Shown here: positions 23,622 through 32,458 of the stretch, in pieces | How the letters are laid out: each line of letters starts with the position of its first letter | Position numbering within the stretch: the first letter of the stretch is position 1 | Source of the DNA: Wallemia ichthyophaga EXF-994 | Lineage: Eukaryota > Fungi > Basidiomycota | Assembly (NCBI RefSeq): GCF_000400465.1 | Contig: NW_008806278.1 | Span: 60,001 to 122,000, forward strand | Direction: 5' to 3' | Length of the DNA stretch: 62,000 bases | Notes under the pieces: model-generated | The model's input: only the letters and a program-made list of their open reading frames with translations | The model's database searches: none | What the model was told of the DNA's origin: nothing | Made by a program: the position numbers and the translations under genes

Positions 23622-26096
23622 TTACATTCCATTTAGCAGCTCCTGCTGGCGTTTAGGTTCGCACTTGCGAATGTATTCCACGGCCAGCTTCTTATTTCCA
23701 GCCTTCTTGAGTGCCTTGACGAATGGTTCAAACCCAATCGGACTCTTTTTCCCACTTGCGAGCTGCTCGAGCGCTGTGTAGTTGCGTTTTTCCACAATGC
23801 AGTGCATTCTAAGGTACCACCATCTGTTATTGTATCGTGTTTCAGTTGGCTCATCAAGCAGAACAACGAGTGACGTACCTCTTTTCTGACACTTTAAACT
23901 CACTCTTAATCTTTTCTGCGCCCTTGATATCTTCCCTGCCCAGCAAATCCCTGATGGCATCGTTTACGCTCGTGGCTCCATTTGTTAAGTGAAGCAACCG
24001 CTGATATTCATCGCATGCCCTACTCTCAAACGCGCTCTTCTTCTCTTCGCTGAAGAAGCGCATCGCCGATCTCACTTTGCCAATCTTGGCATCTCCGTCG
24101 AGCTGCTCAGCTTCTGCTAGATCTAACTTGGCTGACTCGACTCTCCTGTCGTCCTGGAAGTAGAAGTCGCGAAGCATATCCCTATCCAACTCTTTCGCAT
24201 AAACAACCAAGAGCGCTTTAGCCGGCTGGTAAATGCTACCGCCGTCCTCGAGCACTTTGAAGAATTCGCCGAGTGTGAGTCTGGAGCGTAGGTGGAGGAG
24301 AACGTCGATAATAAGATCGGGATCTGAGGACTCTATCGCTTTGAGCAGCGCCAGTCTGTCTTCTTTCATCCGCTTCAGCTGCGGCACTACCTCGCTGGCA
24401 CGTGGCTCTCTGTCGAGCATCTGTCGAGCGAACAAGAGTCAGATGAAGCACCTCAATTACGCCAATACAAACTCACCTTGGTCGCTAGAGATACTCGCCC
24501 AACTTCATGAGCTACCCTTGCAACGTCAGACCAGCCGACGAAAGCTTTAGTGACAGACAGGATCATGTCAACGATAGCAAGAGAAAGCTCCTCATCCGGT
24601 ACACTCGCATCACTTGCATGTATCTTTGCATTGGCCCAGTGAACGAGAACAGCGTCAGGTGGAGAGTGAAGGTGTCTTGCAATATCGATTGCCATCCCCC
24701 ATCTCCGTCTGGGTAGAAGGAGTTGAATAAGAGCACTCGAGTCACTCGAATCGAACTGGGCTTTCGAGAGAGGGATGCCTACACTTCTGTAGGCATTCAA
24801 CACTCGCAATGTTGATGCAGTCTTTATAAAATCATCCGAGTTGTAGTCTGAGAGGTATTGCCAACCGTACTGAGCAGCTTTGAGAAGAGAGCGCTGGGTG
24901 GAGGGAACGTAAACCTCGCCTGCAGCCGCAATGATTCCGTCGATGGCCTCTAGCAAGCCTTGGCCAATGCTGCGGACAACATCGTCTGACCTGGAGCTAC
25001 CGTTTTCAAGGAGAGAGTGAGCGTGGAGCAGCATCCGCGAAGGAGGTGCGGACAGAGCGCCAGCATCGGTCTCGCCGAAAACCATCTGTACACTCTCAGG
25101 TACCTTCTGAACGACCTGGAGGTTTTCAGGTGAGACAACGAGCAGAGAAGACATAGTGCTGAGAGCCTTGAGGGAAGAGCAATCGTGGTAGGGATAGAGG
25201 ACGTGCTCGCCACCAGGACCGACTAGCCAGAGACGAGGGTCAGGCTCGTTATAGACGAGACCGATAGCGTTGGACCCGCACCACACGAGCTGGTCGGGAG
25301 TGTACGAGTCGATAGACGACGCGTCGAATCTCGTCAGCAGTCTGCTCAGGTCGCTCGTCATGATGCTGAGGATGAGCGAAGGGGCGAGCAGCGCGATGAA
25401 TCGCCCATTGGGGGAGAGAGTGATGGCGGTGTGGGGGGTGTTGAGTGGATGCGTGCTGCAGCTCAGCGAGTCTGCTGCGTGTACGACATTGTCTGTGGCT
25501 GCTATGACTGTCGCTAGCCCGGTATGCGATTGGGCGGCGGAAACAACAGCCCAGTCTGCAGGCGCGTCGCTGAGATCCATACTGGCAACCCTTGTCGGAC
25601 GAGAGAGGCAGCCGAGGTGGAGGTGGTAGAAGAGGAGCTCGGCAGTGAGGATAACGAGTGAATCGCCTGCGATGCGTGCGTCGAGAATGGTGGTGGGTGT
25701 CTCGAGTGGTATTGTGTGGGTGGTGGATATGGGTATCTTGCCCGAGTAGTTGTACACTCTGTACTGGAGATCGCCGAGGACGACGACGAGCTCGTCTGCG
25801 CTGCTGAAGCCGACAGAAACTGGTGCCGAAGGGCTGGTGATCGTAGCCAAGTGCTCGGCGTCGGCAGAGAATATGTGCAAGAAAGGCTGGCTGGGGGAGT
25901 TCTCTGGGAGACGCGTGTGGGTGTAGCTGACAGGATTCCGGGTATCTCTCCAGATCGCCAGGGCGGACGAGAGCGGTGATCCACTCAGGCGGTAAGGCTT
26001 GAGCGTAGACAAGTCCCAGCCATACTGGTAGATTGTGGACCTCGCGTAGTATTTATTCCCGATAAATTCCCATTCAGATACATCCTCAACTGACAT
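23622..26096 (-). CDS. VPS16: HOPS/CORVET subunit Vps16
   Basis: N-terminal WEFIGNKYYARSTIY, QRSLLKAAQYG, LRVLNA, HWANAKI, LALLKAIESSDPDLI, FKVSEKRWWYL and SPIGFEPFV. Two introns. Confidence 0.9.
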
Positions 26097-26144
26097 TTTT
26101 GACCAAATCTTATCTTGAACGGAGACAACCAAGATCCATCACAA

Positions 26145-27785
26145 ATGGAAGGCGAAGCTGTATCATTCAAGCCATCCGCACCGGTGCACGTTGTTCTCTG
26201 CGCTGATTGTGGTGAGTACGGTGGCATGCGCCGCTGCGTCCCTCACCTTCCGCAGGTGTCCCCATCGAACCAAACTCCGCCAATCTCTGTGTTGGGTGTC
26301 TGCGTAATACGTGCGTTCTCATTGGTCAATCGTCTCCTTGTTTCTTACCCACCCCGCAGCGTGGACATCACGGCCGAGATTCCAAAATCTTCTTCCGTCA
26401 CCTTCTGCAGGGGTTGCGAGCGATACGCTAACCCTCCCAATGGCTGGATGCTCGCTGATTGGGAGAGCAGGGAACTTCTCGCTATTTGTCTTAAGAAGCT
26501 CAAGGGTCTGTCCAAGATTAGGCTGATCGACGCCGGCTTCATCTGGACTGAGCCTCACAGCAAGCGTATCAAGGTTAAGCTCACCGTTCAGAAGGAGGTT
26601 CTCGCAAACACTATCCTCCAGCAGGTGTTTGAAGTGACGTACACTATCCTCGGTGCCCAATGTCCTGATTGTACTAGAATGGCTGCCAAGAATACTTGGC
26701 AGACTTCCATCCAAGTCAGGCAGAAGGTCCCTCACAAGCGTACTTTCTTCTACCTCGAACAGCTCATTTTGAAGCACGGTGCTCACAAAGATTGTGTCAA
26801 CATCTTGGAACGAAAGGATGGTCTCGATTTCTACTATCTCCAAAGACAGGCAGCTCTCAGGATGCTAGAATTCCTTCAGAACGTTGTCCCAATCCGTTAC
26901 AAGTCTAGTGAAGAATTGCTTACAACCGATGTGCACACGGGTTCATCCAAGTATAAGTTCACCTACTCAGTCGAGATAGTTCCAGTGTGTAAGGATGATT
27001 TGGTTTGCTTGCCTATAAAGCTCGCCAGGCAATTCTCCAACATATCCCCATTGGTGTTATGTGCAAGGATAGGTAACTCGGTCCATCTCCTCGATCCATT
27101 CACACTGCACACTACAGATGTCACAGCTCCTACATATTGGAGAGCACCGTTCGATACACTGGCAACGGTGGGAGAGTTGACAGAGTACATAGTTCTCGAC
27201 GCTGAGCCAGTCGGTCCAACCCGAGGCAAACTTGTCCTGGCGGATTTACAAGTAATGAAGGCATCAGGTGGAGCTTCTGACGATGAGATAGTGCACACTC
27301 GTACACACCTCGGACATATCCTCCAAGCAGGTGATACATGCTTAGGATACAATATTAGAGAAAGTAACTTTAACAGTGACACATTCGAGAGTCTGAATCC
27401 GGATAGACTTCCTGATGTGGTCGTTGTGAAGAAGGCTTACCCTAACAGACGCAAGAAGAACCGTCCACGTAACTTCAAGCTCAAGTCGATTGCCAAAGAC
27501 GCAGAAGACTCGAATGTGGAGGGTGCGTTCGGTAGAGGTGCACTTGGAAGACGTGGTGGTGTGGATACAGACAAGGTTGAAAAGCAGTATGAAGAATTTT
27601 TGAATGACTTGGAGGAAGACCCAGAAATGAGAGCAGGCGTTAATATGTATAGATCACAGGAGCAGAAGGACAAGGCTGAGGAGGATATGGATGAGAGTGA
27701 CGTAGGAGAAGTGGAAGTTGACGAGAATTTGCCAAAGATGGATGAGCTAATGGAAGATCTCGAAGAGATGAATATAGAAGAGTAG
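26145..27785 (+). CDS. NMD3: 60S ribosomal export adaptor Nmd3
   Basis: After removing introns 26212-26255 and 26311-26359 the protein reads LCADCGVPIEPNSANLCVGCLRNTVDIT. Also WTEPHSKRIKVKL and QVRQKVPHKRTFFYLEQLILKH. Confidence 0.95.
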   Translation: MEGEAVSFKPSAPVHVVLCADCGEYGGMRRCVPHLPQVSPSNQTPPISVLGVCVIRAFSLVNRLLVSYPPRSVDITAEIPKSSSVTFCRGCERYANPPNGWMLADWESRELLAICLKKLKGLSKIRLIDAGFIWTEPHSKRIKVKLTVQKEVLANTILQQVFEVTYTILGAQCPDCTRMAAKNTWQTSIQVRQKVPHKRTFFYLEQLILKHGAHKDCVNILERKDGLDFYYLQRQAALRMLEFLQNVVPIRYKSSEELLTTDVHTGSSKYKFTYSVEIVPVCKDDLVCLPIKLARQFSNISPLVLCARIGNSVHLLDPFTLHTTDVTAPTYWRAPFDTLATVGELTEYIVLDAEPVGPTRGKLVLADLQVMKASGGASDDEIVHTRTHLGHILQAGDTCLGYNIRESNFNSDTFESLNPDRLPDVVVVKKAYPNRRKKNRPRNFKLKSIAKDAEDSNVEGAFGRGALGRRGGVDTDKVEKQYEEFLNDLEEDPEMRAGVNMYRSQEQKDKAEEDMDESDVGEVEVDENLPKMDELMEDLEEMNIEE

Positions 27786-27996
27786 ATTAGAGTATCGCGT
27801 GGTTATTTATGCATATTTGATAATCGATGAAAATTTTACGTAACATTGTGGTTTGTGAGGGAGGTGAAGGGGGTAAGGGAGTAGATGGCTAGGAAATCAA
27901 ACACACCAAATAGGAGAGAAAAAAGATAAAAATATAAAATTGATTTTTATTTTTCACAAACTATATCAGACCGCGTGTCTTCTTTGAGAAAACGTT

Positions 27997-28394
27997 GAGG
28001 TGGCAGCTTAAAGGGCTCGTATGCTTCTTCACAGACGGGCAGTCGATAGTGCTGCCAGACAACGGAAGCGGGTAAGGTCTGAGAGTTCAAACTCCCCCAG
28101 TCAGTCAACTCGAGACGGGTTGAACGATAATTCGTTGAGCGGCGCACCAGAAAAGCACTCCTGTGTGGCTTAGCTGAAGAAGGCTATACGTGCGTTGTAC
28201 GTGTTGGCAAGAGGCGACGATAGCTGCAGCTGGGAGCTGGGAACACGTCGTGGGAGTCGCACTGTCAGTCTCTTATGGTTTGAGAAAAGCGCGTACACCT
28301 ACATTGGTGTATTCGTTACACTGTCAGTGCTTAAGTGCACTACGAGCCGTCCAATTGGAAAACTCGATTCAGACTACTCTTTGGCTGCCACCTC
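27997..28394 (+). ncRNA. RPR1: Nuclear RNase P RNA (RPR1/H1 homologue), about 398 nt
   Basis: P1 GAGGTGGCAGC (27997-28007) pairs perfectly with GCTGCCACCTC (28384-28394). P2 GGCTCGTA (28014-21) pairs with TACGAGCC (28341-48). P3 has an internal loop. CR-I GGGTAAGGTCTGAG (28070-83) pairs in P4 with CR-V AACTCGATTCAGACTACTCT (28361-80). CR-II AGAAA, CR-III TGAGAA and CR-IV AAGTGCAC are present. Confidence 0.9.
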
Positions 28395-28576
28395 CACATA
28401 ACTCCTTTATCTCATTTATGCGTATGGGTGTTTTAGCCAACTGTATGCTTATGTGAGAGAGTGTTTGTGTTGATAAGAGTTTCCAATGTCCCTCTCCCTT
28501 TTAAAATTTCTTGGATAGATTTGTACAACAATACTCCGACAAGGACTATAACAACCATCATCATCGCCTCATACTC

Positions 28577-29284
28577 ATGAACACAGTTCTGCGCAAACGT
28601 AAACTTACAACGGAGCAGAAGAATAATATCGTTAAACTCGCTAAAACAAATCCAAAGATGAGGCAAGATGAGATTGCGAGGCAGTTTGGTGTGGATAGAT
28701 CGACGATATCAAAGGTTTTGACGGATGCAAAGAAAGCGAGAAAACTTGCGAGTGATAATACTGAATTTGGCAATCAGGAGGAGCCCGTTGAGCAATTGAC
28801 GCAGGATAATTATTCACACTCAACGGGTAGTCGCAGTAGATCATGCTCAAATGAAATGAAAGAAACGAGTGAAATTAGTATACCACTTGATATTTACAGT
28901 ACAGGATATCAAACACAAACACATTACAGTCCATATTCAAGTTATTCATCGTCTTTGGAATCATCACACTCACAAACAATTAATCAGCACTTTGATTCAC
29001 TTAGTTTTACTAATTATATAAGTTATGAGGAGGATGAGCATGATGACAAAGGTTTTGTTAGTGAGCTTAAGGTACTTGATGCACTTGGTGTGGTTAAGAA
29101 GTTTTTGGAGGAGAGGAGTTCTGTTGAAGGTACTCATACTCATACTCATAGCCATAGTAACAATCAGATACACACAAATAGCCACAACAATCACTTCATA
29201 CCCAATACACAAGATATAACAAACATTGACAACTTATTTTATCGGATTCAGTCGAGTATTGACGAGGATGTACAATTTTATTGA
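28577..29284 (+). CDS. Small CENP-B/pogo-type (psq-like) HTH protein with no DDE domain
   Basis: N-terminal RKRKLTTEQKNNIVKLAKTNPKMRQDEIARQFGVDRSTISKVL, then a Ser/Tyr-rich linker and a C-terminal amphipathic helix pair. Intronless and AT-rich. Confidence 0.7.
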   Translation: MNTVLRKRKLTTEQKNNIVKLAKTNPKMRQDEIARQFGVDRSTISKVLTDAKKARKLASDNTEFGNQEEPVEQLTQDNYSHSTGSRSRSCSNEMKETSEISIPLDIYSTGYQTQTHYSPYSSYSSSLESSHSQTINQHFDSLSFTNYISYEEDEHDDKGFVSELKVLDALGVVKKFLEERSSVEGTHTHTHSHSNNQIHTNSHNNHFIPNTQDITNIDNLFYRIQSSIDEDVQFY

Positions 29285-29290
29285 TTGGCT

Positions 29291-29370
29291 TATGGCAATC
29301 TACGGGAATATACGGAAATGCACAGGAATTCACAGAAATTTTCAGAAACACTCAGTAACACTCAGAGATA
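29291..29370. repeat. Degenerate 10-bp-period tandem array, 8 units
   Basis: TATGGCAATC/TACGGGAATA/TACGGAAATG/CACAGGAATT/CACAGAAATT/TTCAGAAACA/CTCAGTAACA/CTCAGAGATA. Confidence 0.75.
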
Positions 29371-29407
29371 CACGCTAGTTTGTATATTAAACATCATATG
29401 TATCATT

Positions 29408-30038
29408 TCAAATTACGCGCTTCACTTCAAAGAAGGCTTTAAGGTAGTAAACTTGCCACGCACAAGTCACGATCAATAGTCCAGATTGAGCAATAGACCA
29501 CCATTTCACTCTGCTATTAGTTGATTCTGCGGTATCCCTATGACTCCTCTCCCTTGCTTTTAAATATTCATGCTCATCTTGGACAGCCTTAACGTTATCT
29601 GCGAGGATACGTATTTCCTGTTCAATAGGCAAAGTATGACCTTCATCGGGGACATAAAGAATACCGTGAACGTTGAATGAGATTACTTTATCAGTATTGT
29701 AACTCATTGAGTTTGAAAAGCAGTAAGAGTATCTACCATCCTTATCTGCTGTGAATGAGTAAGTGCCTGTATCTTTACCCAGATTGGTGTAAAGGGGTAT
29801 ATTTGGATCTGAGAGTGCGAAATCGATATCGAGGTTGCCACCGCTGGATACTTGATAAGTTACAGTCATCTGCGTGAGTGTGAGTGGGAATTTCCCTTGG
29901 TAACTGCCAGTATATATCCACCTCATCATTCTTATGCAAGTCCTCAAAGTAACAATCCTTTGAGCGTGGTGGAATATTTATTATATATGCGTTGGCTGTG
30001 TATATAATAACCAGTAAAATGTAAAATACATTCAACAT
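29408..30038 (-). CDS. EMP24: p24/GOLD family cargo receptor (Emp24/TMED2-like)
   Basis: Signal peptide, KDCYFEDLHKNDE spliced to MTVTYQVSSGGNLDIDF, YSYCFSN, HRDTAESTNSRVKWWS and cytosolic tail FFEVKRVI. Confidence 0.9.
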
Positions 30039-30052
30039 TTTCTAGTTTTTTG

Positions 30053-30246
30053 TCAATACGATCGTTGTTGGAATCCAAATTCGTCCTTGATAGCTGTCGT
30101 TCTCTTCAGCTTATCGAATTGAGTGCATTTTTAGTCAATTTGTTAATCACATTTATATTTTCGATTGAGAGCAGCTTCTTATTCTCCTTCTCAAGCTCCT
30201 TGTTCATCATAGCGAGTATATCTTCGAATCGAGCGTTTGAAGCCAT
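30053..30246 (-). CDS. Possible small coiled-coil protein, or the 3' exons of a longer gene
   Basis: MASNARFEDILAMMNKELEKENKKLLSIENIN joins by a putative 41-nt intron to LKRTTAIKDEFGFQQRSY*. The 5' structure is unresolved. Confidence 0.3.
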
Positions 30247-31177
30247 TTGCAAGATGTTAAACTCATGTTATACAACAAATTAGCTCTCCCGCTTAATTGG
30301 CCTCTGTTGACTAAGTACTTGTGGTTGCGCCTGGTCGTTATCGAACCCGTTTCTCCCTGTTGCCCCATTTCTTCCCAAGTGTCGATATGAGCGTAACCCA
30401 GTGTCAATTTGCGCATTATCTACAATCTGGATTCATACTTAATCTCCTTTTTTAGCAAAATTTTCAGGCTTCTTTTCCCTCCCACTTATAAAAGAAGAGC
30501 CCGTTAATCCTCCTCTCCTTGGTGCACTTTAGCTTTCACCCGCCCCAAACTCATGTTAGGGTTTCGAAGAATTCAACTTAGTTTTAAACCAATGATGCCG
30601 AGCAATGTTAGAACAAAGGATTTACGTTTAGGAAGGAGGAAGCTGCTGAGAATACTTGAAACGCAACTCTTAAAGTAAAATCCAGATGAGAAATTTAAAA
30701 TTTTGCAATTGCACGCATTCTCACAAAGACCGTAATTCAAACGGTATTGGTCGATAAGGTTGTTTCATTGAAAGATGATCATCTTTCTTAAAGGCATCTG
30801 AAGCAGCAGAAGATGCGACAGAGCCATGTTATAAAAATTTTATTTTATTTGACTACTACTTAAGTTTTGTGCTTAACTCGAGTAGAAAATTTTCGACGTA
30901 TCCAATTTAAGTTGCACCACTACACAGGCCATAACAAAATAGAGAGTACTATGAGGCTAATAAACGCCAATTCAAATTGCATTTATGAGCACATGCTTAC
31001 AACTATGAAATTACCGTTTCGACTTTGTACAAATGAGAATTGAGAAATACATTTACCAAATGAAGTTTACAACTCTATGCTGGCATCTTTTAAGCAGCAG
31101 TAATTTTACCGAAATTTACCATTTGTTTAGCGAGATGAGCCCAACCACGCTTTATACAAAACGACGAACGTCGAGCA

Positions 31178-31877
31178 ATGTCAGAAGCAGAGAAGGTGCG
31201 TGTTTTGTGAATATAACAACCACACACTAATACCCACCAATCAGCAACCAGAAGTACCAGCCACCCAGGAAGAAGAATCCACCGCGCAATTTGAGCCAGT
31301 CGTCAAGCTCACGGAGACAGTTCAAGTTAAAACCAATGAAGAAGACGAGCAAGTATTGTTCAAGATCAGAGCTAAGCTCTTTAGATTCGCAAAGGAATCC
31401 TCTGAGTGGAAGGAAAGGGGTACTGGTGATGTACGTATCCTCCAGCACAAAGAATCTAAAAAAGTTCGCTTGGTTATGCGTAGAGACAAGACTTTGAAGG
31501 TGTGCGCTAACCACTTTCTCACTGAGGATATGAAGCTGTCTCCAAATATTGGCAGTGATCGTAGTTGGGTGTGGGCTGTAGCTGCAGATATCTCTGACGG
31601 TGAACCTTGCGCTGAAACTCTGGCTATTAGATTCGCTAATGCTGACAACGCCAACGCTTTCAAAGAAAAATTCGAGCAAGGTGTCAAGATGAATAGCGAG
31701 TTGAATAATGACAAGGAGGAGAAAGCGGAGGAGAAGGCTGAGGAGAAGGATGAAAAGAAGGCAGAAGAGAAGGCAGAAGAGAAGGCAGAAGAGAAGGCAG
31801 AAGATAAACCAGAAGAGAAGGTAGAAGAAAAGCCAGAAAACTCCAAGCCAGAAGAATCCAAACCAGATTCAACTTAA
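31178..31877 (+). CDS. YRB1: Ran-binding protein 1 (RanBD) with a Glu/Lys-rich repetitive tail
   Basis: [51 protein letters not shown] and [18 protein letters not shown]. Intron 31196-31244. The tail is built on GCAGAAGAGAAG repeats. Confidence 0.95.
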
Positions 31878-31920
31878 ACATACCATTCTAAAGTCATTTG
31901 AATGATAAAATTAATTTCAT

Positions 31921-32406
31921 CTACATCTTCGTATCTACCGCGAAAGTGTTAAGTAGACCATTCTGCCTAGCACGTCTGACTGCTTTACCCAATTTACGCT
32001 GCTCTTTCCAACTCAATCCTGTCTTCCTCCTTGATTGAATTTTACCCATTGAAGTTAAAAATACAGACATTGCATTTGGTGAGAGTGAGAGTGTGTTGAG
32101 ATCCGGTAACCTCACGGACTCTGGTGTTGGCGCTGTTTTGAAGAAATGTGCGGGTGTGTGAGCAAAGTTGGATGGATAATAAGCGTGTTGGGCTCTGAAT
32201 GCTTCTCTTGGGAGATATTCCAAGGGATCCTGTGGGATTACTAGGAATTATGCCTTAGTCTTCTGCGTCTACTCAACACCACACTCACCACGGCCATGCG
32301 CTTCCATTTGCTGTAACATACTATCCAATCCACCTGCATTCCCCCCTTTAACCTTATCCAATCGACTGCGACTGCCTACGAAATTTCTAGCCAGCGTCCT
32401 CAGCAT
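31921..32406 (-). CDS. RSM18: Mitochondrial small ribosomal subunit protein bS18m
   Basis: The presequence-like exon MLRTLARNFVGSRSR is spliced (intron 32241-32288) to ..FLTSMGKIQSRRKTGLSWKEQRKLGKAVRRARQNGLL, the S18 signature. Confidence 0.85.
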
Positions 32407-32458
32407 CTGATGATGATCGAATGTATTAGAGATGGCATCTTGAACCAGAACCATCACC

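Noticed and set aside
27947-28456. Short ORFs 27947-28147, 28190-28456 and 28195-28401
   Set aside because: They overlap the RNase P RNA, have non-ATG or weak starts, and show no protein motifs.
28400-29400. Intact pogo/Tc1-mariner transposon
   Set aside because: There is no DDE domain and no terminal inverted repeats were seen.
30435-30446. ATACTTAATCT resembling the U1 snRNA 5' end (ATACTTACCT)
   Set aside because: It mismatches the invariant splice-site-pairing sequence and has no U1 stem-loops or Sm site.
30555-30563. AACCCTAAC on the minus strand as a telomerase RNA template
   Set aside because: It is only 9 nt, and a few such permuted matches are expected by chance in 62 kb on both strands. 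No template-boundary helix or pseudoknot was identifiable by eye.
31715-31850. GCAGAAGAGAAG repeats as a CRISPR-like or mobile array
   Set aside because: They are in-frame codons for the EEKA tail of Yrb1, with no unique spacers.
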